The notes beneath the pieces were generated by a model. The model had not been told where the DNA came from. It saw only the letters and a list, made by a program, of their open reading frames with translations, and made no database searches. The position numbers and the translations under genes are program-made. This document shows, piece after piece, positions 30,358 through 39,368 of a stretch of DNA of 64,000 nucleotides. Origin of the DNA: Nibricoccus sp. (GTDB taxonomy: Bacteria; Verrucomicrobiota; Verrucomicrobiia; Opitutales; Opitutaceae); contig JASGHG010000001.1 in the NCBI GenBank assembly GCA_047602425.1, positions 4,288,001 to 4,352,000 of the forward strand, read 5' to 3'. The first letter of the stretch is position 1. The number at the start of each line of letters is the position of its first letter.

Positions 30358-30375
30358 AGTGTGCAAATGAACACT
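30358..30375. promoter_or_regulatory. LexA operator (Verrucomicrobia-type TGTTC-N4-GAACA)
   Basis: AG-TGTGC-AAAT-GAACA-CT near-palindrome abutting the lexA start codon; one mismatch to consensus. Confidence 0.8.
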
Positions 30376-30547
30376 GTTTGATGTCCGATGCAACGGTTGT
30401 TTGCGCGCGGCTGCGTAAGTCGCTTTCAAATGGCGAGGCTGCGGACCTTTTTAACAACAGCGATTGCGTTCAGGCGTCTTCGCTCAGATTGCAAAGGTGT
30501 TGGGGCAGCTTTTCCAATTCCTCCAAACGCGGCTTAATAACACGATT

Positions 30548-32377
30548 TCAGCTTTCGAAATTTTGCTTCGGGTTTGTTTTTAGGAAATCGGCGATGAAGG
30601 AGGTGAAGAGCGGGCCGAGTTCGGCGCGTTTTTTTTCGCCCATGCCGAAGATGCCTTCGAGGGCGTCGTCGTTTTCTGGATACTCGCGTGCGAGCTGGCG
30701 AAGCGTGGCGTCGCCAAAAATCACGTAGGCGGGGACCTTGCGTTCGTCGGCGAGACGCTTCCGGAAGTCGCGCAGGCGGGCGAAGAGGATTTCGTCGCAC
30801 TCGATGTCGCCCTCGCGGCGGACAATCTTTCGAACCTTGGGTGTGACGAGTAGTTTGGTCAGCGTGATGGACTGACGGCTGCGCAACACTTCCATGCCTT
30901 CATGCGTGACTTCGAGGGTGGGATATTCGCCATCGGTCTGACGAAGGTAGCCGAGGCGCATGAGCTCGCGGCCAATGCCGGACCATTGCGGGCGCGGGAG
31001 GTCTTTGCCGATGCCATAAGTGGAGAGTTTGTCATGATCCCAGCGGCGGATTTTATCGGTGTCGGCGCCGGTGAGGACCTCGCAGACATGGTTGATGCCC
31101 ACGCCGAAACGGCTGACGGCGTTGATGCGGTAAACGCAGGAAAGAAATTTTTGCGCGGGAATGGTGCCGTCGTAGGTTTCGCGCGGTTCGAGGCAATTGT
31201 CGCAGGCGCCGCAATTATCGAGCGGAAATTTTTCGCCGAAATAATCGAGCAACTCGGAGCGGCGACAGCCACTGCTCTCGGCGTAGTGCATGATCTGTCG
31301 AAGCTGGGCGCGGGCGACTTGTTGCTCCTGCGGGTTGGTTATTTGATCGATGAAATGAGTCTGCTTGACGGCGTCGCCGGCATTGAAGAGCAGGAGGCAG
31401 TCGCTGGGGAGACTGTCGCGTCCGGCGCGGCCGGTTTCCTGGTAATAACCCTCAATGTTTTTGGGCAGGTCGTAATGCACAACCCAGCGGACGTTGGGTT
31501 TGTTGATGCCCATGCCGAAGGCGATCGTGGCACAGATGATGCGAACCTCGTCGCGTAGGAAGAGCTCTTGGTTGCGGGAACGTTCCTCGGCGGCGAGACC
31601 GGCGTGGTACGGGCGGGCGCTGAAACCGCGTCCGGCGAGGGCCTCGGCCACGCGCTCGGTGGCGGCGCGGCTCGCGCAGTAGATGATACCGCTCTCGTCC
31701 TCGCGTTTTTTCACCCAAGCGATGATTTGCTTCGCGGGCTCGTCTTTGGGAATGACCTTGTAGGTGAGATTGGGGCGATTGAAGGAGGCGACGAAAACGG
31801 CGGGCTCGCGAAGCTTCAGGTATTTTATAATGTCGGTACGGACTCGTTCGGTCGCGGTGGCGGTGCAGGCCATCACAGGCACGTCGGGCAGGAATTCGCG
31901 GAGCTTGGAGAGCTGGCGATATTCCGGGCGGAAATCGTGGCCCCATTCGGACACGCAGTGGGCTTCGTCGATGGCGATGGCGGCGACGTTCCACGCCTTC
32001 AGGTTTTCCTGCCAGTTATCGAGCATCAGGCGCTCGGGCGCGACGTAGAGCAAACGCCATTCGCCGCGATGAAGACCGGCCAGGCGAGAACGCGCTTCAG
32101 CGGCGCCAAGGGTGGAATTGAGAAAAGTGGCGGCGATGCCGGCGGCCTGAAGTTGGTCAACTTGATCCTTCATCAACGCGATGAGCGGCGAGACGACGAT
32201 GGTCAGGCCCGTGCGATGGAGCGCGGGAATCTGGAAACAGAGCGATTTGCCGCCACCGGTCGGCAGAAGAGCGAAGACATCGCGTCCGGCAAGGCTGGCC
32301 TCAATGATTTCGCGTTGAAGCGGGCGAAAAGCCGAATAACCGAAAGTGGTTTTGAGCGTGTGGAGAAGATCGGGCAC
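30548..32377 (-). CDS. recQ: DNA helicase RecQ
   Basis: PTGGGKSLC, DEAHCVSEWGHDFRPEY, ATIAFGMGI, QETGRAGRD, Zn-binding CRR..CGACDNC, HRDC domain; likely GTG start 32377. Confidence 0.96.
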   Translation of the reverse strand: MPDLLHTLKTTFGYSAFRPLQREIIEASLAGRDVFALLPTGGGKSLCFQIPALHRTGLTIVVSPLIALMKDQVDQLQAAGIAATFLNSTLGAAEARSRLAGLHRGEWRLLYVAPERLMLDNWQENLKAWNVAAIAIDEAHCVSEWGHDFRPEYRQLSKLREFLPDVPVMACTATATERVRTDIIKYLKLREPAVFVASFNRPNLTYKVIPKDEPAKQIIAWVKKREDESGIIYCASRAATERVAEALAGRGFSARPYHAGLAAEERSRNQELFLRDEVRIICATIAFGMGINKPNVRWVVHYDLPKNIEGYYQETGRAGRDSLPSDCLLLFNAGDAVKQTHFIDQITNPQEQQVARAQLRQIMHYAESSGCRRSELLDYFGEKFPLDNCGACDNCLEPRETYDGTIPAQKFLSCVYRINAVSRFGVGINHVCEVLTGADTDKIRRWDHDKLSTYGIGKDLPRPQWSGIGRELMRLGYLRQTDGEYPTLEVTHEGMEVLRSRQSITLTKLLVTPKVRKIVRREGDIECDEILFARLRDFRKRLADERKVPAYVIFGDATLRQLAREYPENDDALEGIFGMGEKKRAELGPLFTSFIADFLKTNPKQNFES

Positions 32378-32447
32378 GAGTTGAGAAAATCCGCCAAGTT
32401 GAGGCAGCGTCAGATAAACGCGGCCACAGGACAAGGACCACGCCGGT

Positions 32448-33395
32448 TTAGGGTTTGTCGGCGAGCTGGCAAGGTCCGAACGCTTTTGTCCAGATACCGA
32501 GGCTGTGATCGATGTTGCGCTTCACGCCGCGCAACGCGGCGGAGGGCGGTGTTTGGCGAAGGCCGGCGAGATAGAGAAGGATCGCCGGAAGAGACATGAA
32601 GTCGCGATAGGATTCATGCCGAACATGATGCTTGCACCAAGCCGGAGCGCCGAGGGCGATGAGCTCTTTTTCCCAGCGGAGGGTGAACAGGTAGGAATTG
32701 CGCTCGTCGTTTTGTTTGCGGCCGGGGGAGGAACTGACGTGGTGGCGGATGACGCTGCGCAGGGCGACGGCATTGTTGTAGCCGGCGCGGCGGGCGCGGA
32801 AGCAGAGATCGATGTCCTCCGCGCCATTGTGGAATTGTTCGTCGAAACCGCCAAGCTGTTGCCAGAGTGAGCGCGAAATGAGCAGGCAGGCGCCGGTGAC
32901 GGCGGGCGAAAGGCGGTGACAGGAGCACACGCCGCTGCAAGAACCGCCGCAGGGCGCGGAAGAAGTGTCGTGCTCGGGTTTGCCTTTGACGGTGACGTAA
33001 ATGCCGGCGTGATCCACGGCACCAGTGGCGGCGTTGAGCTGGACATTGCCGATGGCGCCCGGTTTTGGCAGCGAGGCGTGGAGTGCAAGCATGGGCTCCA
33101 GCCAGCCGGGAGTCAGCACAAGGTCGTTGTTGAGAAGGACGAGAAGGTCGCCGGTGGCGGTGGCGACGGCGCGGTTGTTGGTGGCGGCGTAGCCGAGATT
33201 GCGATCGTTGAGCAGGGCGCGGAGTGCGGGGTCGTTCAGCGAAGCGAGCCACTCACGCGTACCGTCGGTACTGACGTCGTCGATCAGGATGATTTCATGA
33301 TCGAGATTGGCGGGCAGGGTGGCTTGCAGGCTTTTCAACATGGCCTGCGTGAGCGGCAGGCAGTTGTAGAGCGGAACGATGAAGGAGAGGCGCAA
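32448..33395 (-). CDS. GT2 family glycosyltransferase (possible rhamnosyltransferase)
   Basis: IVPLYN, DDVSTDGT, LNND, GACLL, GGFDE...EDIDLC; downstream of rml genes. Confidence 0.85.
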   Translation of the reverse strand: MRLSFIVPLYNCLPLTQAMLKSLQATLPANLDHEIILIDDVSTDGTREWLASLNDPALRALLNDRNLGYAATNNRAVATATGDLLVLLNNDLVLTPGWLEPMLALHASLPKPGAIGNVQLNAATGAVDHAGIYVTVKGKPEHDTSSAPCGGSCSGVCSCHRLSPAVTGACLLISRSLWQQLGGFDEQFHNGAEDIDLCFRARRAGYNNAVALRSVIRHHVSSSPGRKQNDERNSYLFTLRWEKELIALGAPAWCKHHVRHESYRDFMSLPAILLYLAGLRQTPPSAALRGVKRNIDHSLGIWTKAFGPCQLADKP

Positions 33396-33405
33396 GGGAC
33401 GATTA

Positions 33406-33505
33406 GGTTATGGGTCATGGGTTATGGGTTATGGGTGTGTGTGGCAACCCATCACCTATTTCCAATTTCCGACTGCCCATTACCCCTGACCTATGACCAA
33501 TAACC
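33406..33505. repeat. Empty inverted GGTNATG heptamer arrays
   Basis: GGTTATG GGTCATG GGTTATG GGTTATG ... ACCCATC ACCTATT ... ACCTATG ACCAATA ACC. Confidence 0.85.
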
Positions 33506-33512
33506 TTCCTCT

Positions 33513-34406
33513 TCAGGTTAGTTTTTTCAGATATTCGCCGTAGGTGGACTTGCCGAGGAATTTGATCTGAGCGTCGAGTTTAGCGCGATCGACCCAGCCC
33601 TGGCGATAGGCGATTTCTTCCAAACAGGCGATTTTGAGTCCCTGGCGATTTTGGATGACCTCGACGAATTGCGCGGCGTCGAGCAGCGAGTCATGCGTGC
33701 CGGTATCGAGCCAAGCGGTGCCGCGGCCGAGGATTTCGACCTGGAGCTTTCCAGCTTCGAGATAGAGGCGGTTGAGATCGGTGATTTCGAGTTCGCCGCG
33801 TTTCGACGGCTTGAGCGAACGGGCCATGGCGACGACGTCCTTGTCGTAGTAATAGAGACCCGGGACCGCGTAGTTGGATTTTGGATTCGCGGGTTTTTCT
33901 TCGAGCGACAGCACGCGTCCGTCGGAAGCGAATTCGACCACGCCGTAAGCTTTCGCATCGGCCACATGATAGCCGAAGATGGTGGCGCCGCTGGTGCGGT
34001 CGGTCGCGTTTTTCAGCGAGTCGACGAAATCGTGACCGTAGAAAAGGTTATCGCCGAGGACGAGGGCGGAAGGTTCGTTTCCGGTCAGAAAACCCACGTC
34101 GCCCGCGATGGTGAACGCCTGAGCGAGGCCGTCGGGACTGGGTTGTTCGGCAAAGGAAAGCTTCAGGCCGAACTGAGATCCATCGCCAAGAAGGCGTTTG
34201 AACAAAGGCAGATCGGTCGGGGTGGAGATGACGAGGATCTCGCGGATGCCCGAAAGCATCAAAACCGAGAGGGGATAATAGATCATCGGCTTGTCATAAA
34301 CCGGCATGATCTGCTTGGAGACCGCGATGGTCAGGGGGTAAAGACGGGTTCCGGAGCCGCCGGCGAGGATAATACCCCGGCGGAGAGGTGATGGGTTATG
34401 GGTCAT
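33513..34406 (-). CDS. rfbA: Glucose-1-phosphate thymidylyltransferase
   Basis: [48 protein letters not shown]. Confidence 0.97.
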   Translation of the reverse strand: MTHNPSPLRRGIILAGGSGTRLYPLTIAVSKQIMPVYDKPMIYYPLSVLMLSGIREILVISTPTDLPLFKRLLGDGSQFGLKLSFAEQPSPDGLAQAFTIAGDVGFLTGNEPSALVLGDNLFYGHDFVDSLKNATDRTSGATIFGYHVADAKAYGVVEFASDGRVLSLEEKPANPKSNYAVPGLYYYDKDVVAMARSLKPSKRGELEITDLNRLYLEAGKLQVEILGRGTAWLDTGTHDSLLDAAQFVEVIQNRQGLKIACLEEIAYRQGWVDRAKLDAQIKFLGKSTYGEYLKKLT

Positions 34407-34857
34407 GGGTGATGGGTCGTCGGAGGTGATTGGTTACAAGGTGGGTCAGGATGTGGATTGCACCTGATTTTGCTGTGAACGTGCTTTAATGAGAGCGCCA
34501 AGCATGCGACCGATCTCCGCACACTTTGCTTCAAGGACTTGATAGTCTTGTTTAGAAACCAAACTCACAGTTTGGGCGATTTCTAATTGGGTTCGAAGCT
34601 CGGCTAGTGACCCTTTGGCAATATAGAGAAAACGAACTGAATCTTTGTTAGTGTCACGCTCGTCACCTTCAGCGATATTTGATGGAATGCTTATCGCAGA
34701 ACGACGGATTTGATCGCGCAGGCCAAAATCCTTCGAGAGCGAGCCTGAGGACGAAAGCTGGTAAATGTGAACAGCGAGATCTTTGGCGTTTTGCCAGACC
34801 TTGAGTTCACGGAAACCTTGTTCGCCCATAACCAATGACCTATGACCAATAACCTGA
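34387..34857. mobile_element. Putative cassette: four-helix-bundle gene flanked by inverted heptamer arrays
   Basis: GGTNATG array at 34387-34433 and complementary CCNATNA array at 34825-34857; lower-GC cargo gene inserted between rfbB and rfbA. Confidence 0.55.
34446..34829 (-). CDS. Four helix bundle protein (23S rRNA IVS-protein / Avd-like family)
   Basis: FRELKVWQ, DFGLRDQIRRSAISIPSNIAEG, RFLYIAKGSLAELRTQL; ATG 34829 lies in a repeat unit. Confidence 0.92.
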   Translation of the reverse strand: MGEQGFRELKVWQNAKDLAVHIYQLSSSGSLSKDFGLRDQIRRSAISIPSNIAEGDERDTNKDSVRFLYIAKGSLAELRTQLEIAQTVSLVSKQDYQVLEAKCAEIGRMLGALIKARSQQNQVQSTS

Positions 34858-35925
34858 CTACGCCTTCGTGCCGAGGCGTTCGCGGGCGTATTTTTTGGAA
34901 GTGATGTCCGCTGCCCAGGTTTTATTTTTCAGATACCAGTCGACGGTTTTTTCGATGCCGGTGGTGAAACTTTCCTTGGGTTTCCAACCGAGTTCTTTTT
35001 GGAGTTTGTCGCAATTGATCGCGTAACGGCGGTCGTGGCCGGGGCGGTCGGCGACGTAGGTGATTTGTTCGGCGTAGGTTTTGCCGTCGGCGCGCGGGGA
35101 CTTTTTGTCGAGGAGGGCGCAAATCGTCTTAACGATCTCGATGTTCGGTTTTTCGTTGAGCCCGCCGATATTATAGGTCTCACCGACGCGGCCTTTTTGA
35201 AGAACCAGCCAGATTGCAGCGGCGTGGTCTTCGACATAGAGCCAGTCGCGAATCTGCATGCCGTCGCCGTAGACCGGAAGACTTTTCCCTTCGAGGGCAT
35301 TGAGGATCATCAATGGAATGAGCTTCTCGGGGAAGTGGAACGGGCCGTAATTGTTGGAGCAATTGGTCGTCAGCGTCGGAAATTTGTAGGTGTGCTGATA
35401 GGCGCGGACGAGGTGATCGCTGGCGGCTTTCGAGGCGGCGTAAGGGCTGTTGGGCGCGAAGGGCGTTTCCTCGGTGAAGGCCGGGTCGGTGAGCGAAAGC
35501 GTGCCGTAGACTTCGTCGGTCGAAACGTGGAGAAAACGGAACGCGGCTTTCTTTGGTTCTGGCAGCTTGGTCCAGTAGAGTCGCGCGGCGTTGATGAGGC
35601 GCAGGGTGCCGACGACGTTGGTTTGAATGAATGGTTCGGGCGAATCGATCGAGCGGTCGACGTGAGACTCGGCGGCGAAGTTCACGACGGCATCGATCTG
35701 GTGCTCGGCGAGCAGTTGGGCAACCAGGTTGCTATCGCCAATGTCACCGTGAATGAAAACGTAACGCGAATCCCCGGCGAAGTCGGTGAGGTTGGCGGGG
35801 TTGCCCGCGTAGGTGAGCGCGTCGAGATTGACGAGCCTTTTGAGAGGGGAATTGGCCTCGGTGAGGCGTTGGCGGACGAAATTGGAGCCGATAAAACCGC
35901 AGCCGCCGGTGACGAGGATATTCAT
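34858..35925 (-). CDS. rfbB: dTDP-glucose 4,6-dehydratase
   Basis: [51 protein letters not shown]. Confidence 0.97.
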   Translation of the reverse strand: MNILVTGGCGFIGSNFVRQRLTEANSPLKRLVNLDALTYAGNPANLTDFAGDSRYVFIHGDIGDSNLVAQLLAEHQIDAVVNFAAESHVDRSIDSPEPFIQTNVVGTLRLINAARLYWTKLPEPKKAAFRFLHVSTDEVYGTLSLTDPAFTEETPFAPNSPYAASKAASDHLVRAYQHTYKFPTLTTNCSNNYGPFHFPEKLIPLMILNALEGKSLPVYGDGMQIRDWLYVEDHAAAIWLVLQKGRVGETYNIGGLNEKPNIEIVKTICALLDKKSPRADGKTYAEQITYVADRPGHDRRYAINCDKLQKELGWKPKESFTTGIEKTVDWYLKNKTWAADITSKKYARERLGTKA

Positions 35926-35944
35926 GGTTGGAGCTAAAGAGAAG

Positions 35945-36814
35945 TTAGGCTTTGATCCAGTTTTTCAACGCCTGTTCCACGGAGGCGTGAACTTCGGTCA
36001 TCTGAATGCCGGCTTTGGCCAGCTTGGCGGACGACATCACACAGTTGGACCGGGGAGTTTTGGCGGCCAGCTTCATGAATTCCTCTTCGCTGGGGAAAAA
36101 CTCGTATTTCTTCGGATGCACACCGCTCTTTTCAATCATGGCGACGACCTCGCGCGTGGTCACGTGGCCAGGATTGGTGACGTTGTATTTGCCAAAGGGA
36201 ATACGTTTTTCCCAGCACGCGAAAGTGGCGGCGACGAACTCGTGGAGTTGCGAAATGGAATTGGCGGCTTCGAGGAGTTTGGCATAGCGCATCAACTTCG
36301 TGAGATAGTTGCGCGGATTATCGATGTTATCGAAGGGAATGCGAAGACGCCAGATGTAGCAATTGGGAGCGTCGGCGAGGACTTCTTCGCCGAGGGCTTT
36401 GGTGCCGCTGTAGAACGAACAATTGTTTTGGCGGAAGGTGAAGTTCGGAGCGTCCTCCTCGGTGAAGCCGGTGCCATCGGCGCGGGCGCCGGTGTAGATA
36501 CAACCGGAAGAAACGTGGCCCCATGGCACGCCCGCTTCGGCGCAGGCTTTGGCGACGATGCCGGGAAGGACGGCGTTGCCGAAAAGGCATTCCGCTTTGT
36601 GGACTTCGCAAGCATCGACATTGGGTTTGCCGGTGTAGCCGGCGGAGTTGATCAGAAACTCGGGCTTGTCGCGCTTGAGCTCGGCGGCAAGGACGTCGGC
36701 GTTCGTATAATCAACGTCGGCGCGACGAAGATTGCGAAAGGCGATGCCCTTTTTCTTAAGCAACGCTTGATATGCTTGGCCGACGTAACCGGAGCCACCG
36801 AGGAGATAGATCAT
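35945..36814 (-). CDS. NDP-4-keto-6-deoxyglucose reductase (RmlD-like; resembles bifunctional NRS/ER epimerase-reductases)
   Basis: [55 protein letters not shown]. Confidence 0.8.
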   Translation of the reverse strand: MIYLLGGSGYVGQAYQALLKKKGIAFRNLRRADVDYTNADVLAAELKRDKPEFLINSAGYTGKPNVDACEVHKAECLFGNAVLPGIVAKACAEAGVPWGHVSSGCIYTGARADGTGFTEEDAPNFTFRQNNCSFYSGTKALGEEVLADAPNCYIWRLRIPFDNIDNPRNYLTKLMRYAKLLEAANSISQLHEFVAATFACWEKRIPFGKYNVTNPGHVTTREVVAMIEKSGVHPKKYEFFPSEEEFMKLAAKTPRSNCVMSSAKLAKAGIQMTEVHASVEQALKNWIKA

Positions 36815-36926
36815 AGGAAAAGAGTCAGGAAAAACCTCCTCCTACGCCCCAACAAGCCAAATATAGGCGATTAGGCTTCAATCAGGGAATCCCTCAGCTC
36901 CTCCGCCGAAACGAGAACTCTAAAAA

Positions 36927-37011
36927 TGGTGCCCAAGGGGGGACTCGAACCCCCATGCGGTTAGGCACAGGCTTCTGAGACCTGCGTGTCTACCAATTCC
37001 ACCACCTGGGC
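36927..37011 (-). tRNA. tRNA-Leu(CAG)
   Basis: GCCCAGGTGGTGGAATTGGTAGACACGCAGGT-CTCAGAA-GCCTG...GGTTCGAGTCC...GGGCACCA; long variable arm; encoded CCA. Confidence 0.96.
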
Positions 37012-37109
37012 AATCTGCGGGAGTGCAGAAAACACACACGCTTCCGACGTGGCGCAAGCAAAGAATTTAGGAATACGGACCTTTGCCGCACCGACCTGAC
37101 AACGAAGGC

Positions 37110-37739
37110 TTACTTCTTGTCCTCCGCCTTCATATGGCGGTGAACGAAAAAATAATATACCACGCCCAAAACCACAAATGCCGCCACGGCCCATAGCGTG
37201 ATGCGATGGAGTTCGCCTTTCATGAGCGCTTCGTCCTGTCCGGCCTTGATGCCCAGCCACGCCAGGACGCCGCACCAAAGGCCAGAGCCAAGCAGCGTGT
37301 AAAGTGAGTAGCGACCGAAGGGTAGGCGGACGATGCCAGCCGGGATGCCGATCAAATGCCTTACGACGGGGAGCAATCGCGAAAAAAACACGCCGAAGGA
37401 ACCAAATTTAGCCGCCCAGCGTTCGGCCTTTTCGATTTTCTCAGCGGGAATGAAGAGATATTTTCCGTAACGCATGGCGAGCGGGCGTCCAGCGAGTCGA
37501 GATCCCCAGTACATGACCGCCGCACCGACCCAAGAGCCAATTGTACCGGCTATGATAACACCCCAGACGGACATCGTGCCTTTCGTATAAGCAAGGTGGG
37601 CGGCTGGCGGAATAATCACCTCGCTGGGCAACGGGATGAACGTGCTTTCCATCGCCATGAGCAGGCCTACAAGCCAATAACCACCTTGTTCCAGTTTATC
37701 GGCGTACCATTGAAGAATCTGGGCGAGGTAGGCTTTCAT
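37110..37739 (-). CDS. DedA family membrane protein
   Basis: MESTFIPLPSE, FFSRLLPVVRHLIGIPAG. Confidence 0.92.
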   Translation of the reverse strand: MKAYLAQILQWYADKLEQGGYWLVGLLMAMESTFIPLPSEVIIPPAAHLAYTKGTMSVWGVIIAGTIGSWVGAAVMYWGSRLAGRPLAMRYGKYLFIPAEKIEKAERWAAKFGSFGVFFSRLLPVVRHLIGIPAGIVRLPFGRYSLYTLLGSGLWCGVLAWLGIKAGQDEALMKGELHRITLWAVAAFVVLGVVYYFFVHRHMKAEDKK

Positions 37740-37770
37740 CGGAATATGCGAATGCTCGGGATGACTTAAA

Positions 37771-37807
37771 AATAAAAAAGGCAGGCAGATAGTGCTGCCT
37801 GCCTTTT
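37771..37807 (-). terminator. Rho-independent terminator after the small basic protein gene
   Basis: AAAAGGCAGGCA-N8-TGCCTGCCTTTT hairpin with a T tract on the minus strand. Confidence 0.75.
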
Positions 37808-37824
37808 ACGGAAAGCTTTGTGGC

Positions 37825-37980
37825 TTAGACGTCGGGCTTGGTCTTGCGGAGGCCCTGAACGCGGTCGCCGGCTTTCCACTGGCCACGCTTTTTGAGCAAA
37901 TCGACGCGTTCGAAACGCTTCAGTACGTTGCGCTTAATGACGATACCACTGGAACCTTGGAGACTTTTGTGCTGTGACAT
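37825..37980 (-). CDS. PVC-superphylum signature small basic protein (51 aa)
   Basis: Not in ORF track. MSQHKSLQGSSGIVIKRNVLKRFERVDLLKKRGQWKAGDRVQGLRKTKPDV; HxSL...RNVLKRxER...W...GLxK pattern. Confidence 0.9.
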   Translation of the reverse strand: MSQHKSLQGSSGIVIKRNVLKRFERVDLLKKRGQWKAGDRVQGLRKTKPDV

Positions 37981-38008
37981 GACGTTTTAGAAAAGTGATT
38001 GTGACGTG

Positions 38009-38332
38009 TTAAAGAGGCGCAGACGTACAGTTCGCGCGGGCCCATGACAAGTATTTTTCTGCAACATCTTCACTCCGCACCACCAACCATTCAGGCGTGT
38101 CGTATGGATGGTGCTGTTCCAACCACGCTTTTACCGCGCCCGCACGCGCGGGCAGAAACTTAACCGTCAACCGATATTCTTCGGCGGTTTCAGCCTGACC
38201 TTGCCAGATGTAGTGCGAGAAAATTGGCCCATCAATTTGCACGCAAGCGGCCAGCCGAGCAGCGACAAGACCCTGAGCGAGGCGGCCAGCGTCTTCACGA
38301 TTGCCAACAGTTGTCCAACCAACGAGGAGCAT
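38009..38332 (-). CDS. cutA: Divalent-cation tolerance protein CutA
   Basis: LVAARLAACVQ, SHYIWQG, HPYDTPE. Confidence 0.9.
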   Translation of the reverse strand: MLLVGWTTVGNREDAGRLAQGLVAARLAACVQIDGPIFSHYIWQGQAETAEEYRLTVKFLPARAGAVKAWLEQHHPYDTPEWLVVRSEDVAEKYLSWARANCTSAPL

Positions 38333-38444
38333 GTGGCACCGTCGGCCAGATGACTGCGCGAGGCAAGTTGAGAAATATTGCCCTTGACGGGGAGGGGCTT
38401 AACCTTTGCCCTTCACCTTTTCACCAAAGACAAACGCCCAGCCC

Positions 38445-38654
38445 ATGCGCGACGACTATATCAAAGAAGCACAGAAAGTGATTCCGGACTCGAACCTACT
38501 GATCAACGTGGTCTCCCGCCGTGTTAAGCAGCTGCGTCGTGGCAGCCGCGCGCTGGTAGAATCGCTTGAAAAACTTTCCCCCGAAGACATCGCTCTGCGC
38601 GAAATCATCGAGGGCAAGATCAGCTTCGAGATCGGCGAGGACGTCATCAAATAA
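38445..38654 (+). CDS. rpoZ: RNA polymerase omega subunit
   Basis: LINVVSRRVKQL...IALREIIEGKI; ATG 38445. Confidence 0.85.
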   Translation: MRDDYIKEAQKVIPDSNLLINVVSRRVKQLRRGSRALVESLEKLSPEDIALREIIEGKISFEIGEDVIK

Positions 38655-38727
38655 GGCCGTTTTCGGCGGCGGGTGATTTTCAGTCCAGCTTCGCGCTGAC
38701 CGGGCGCTGCGTCGCCTGACCACAACC

Positions 38728-39210
38728 ATGTCCGCACAAAAAAAAGACCCGGCTCGCTACACGGAGATTCGCAACAGCAAAGCGCTGCGCGACTACTTCG
38801 TGGAGGAAAAGTTCGAAGCGGGCATTGCGCTGAAAGGCACGGAGGTAAAATCCATCCGTGCAGGCAAGGCGCAGATCACCGATGCCTTCGGTCGTTTCGA
38901 AAAAGGCGAGCTGTGGCTGCACAACGCTCACATCGAGGAATACGCATTTGGCAACATCTACAACCACGACAAACGCCGCACCCGCAAATTGCTTCTTCAC
39001 AGCCACCAGATTCGCAAGATCGCGCAAGCGCTGCAAATCGGAGGCCGTGCGCTCATCCCTTTGCGCCTTTATTTTAAAGATGCGCTCGTGAAAGTCGAAG
39101 TCGCGCTTTGCAGCGGCAAAAAACTCTACGACAAACGCGAGGACCTGAAGAAAAGAGTCACCGATCGCGAAATCGACAAGGCGATGAAAGATCGGCGGAA
39201 GTCGAGCTGA
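38728..39210 (+). CDS. smpB: SsrA-binding protein
   Basis: EAGIALKGTEVKSIR, RTRKLLLH, GKKLYDKRE. Confidence 0.97.
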   Translation: MSAQKKDPARYTEIRNSKALRDYFVEEKFEAGIALKGTEVKSIRAGKAQITDAFGRFEKGELWLHNAHIEEYAFGNIYNHDKRRTRKLLLHSHQIRKIAQALQIGGRALIPLRLYFKDALVKVEVALCSGKKLYDKREDLKKRVTDREIDKAMKDRRKSS

Positions 39211-39217
39211 GGATCGG

Positions 39218-39314
39218 CTCGTTCCTCTTTCTCTCTTTATCTTTCTCCCTTTGGTTTCGGTTAAAAACGGGTGTGGAAGAGCGAGGAAATATAAAGAGAA
39301 CGAATAAAGATAGA
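39218..39314. repeat. Inverted pyrimidine/purine hexamer-like arrays between smpB and thrH
   Basis: CTCGTTCCTCTTTCTCTCTTTATCTTTCTC ... GAAGAGCGAGGAAATATAAAGAGAACGAATAAAGATAGA. Confidence 0.6.
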
Positions 39315-39368
39315 CCGCAGGTGCTCCATTCGCTCGACAGCGGCGAAAAACTTTCAACACTCCGCCGC

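Noticed and set aside
33406..34857. Possible CRISPR array or DGR (the four-helix-bundle protein is Avd-like)
   Set aside because: Repeats are 7-bp tandem units without spacers; no cas genes, reverse transcriptase or TR/VR pair seen in the window
36815..37011. tRNA-Leu as an integration site for the rml/SOS region
   Set aside because: No integrase and no duplicated tRNA 3' end found; downstream genes look native in composition
37792..37977. 61-aa plus-strand ORF
   Set aside because: The opposite strand encodes the recognisable PVC small basic protein with its own terminator
39108..39368. Apparent N-terminal extension of ThrH
   Set aside because: Overlaps smpB and the repeat element; homology starts at GTG 39369
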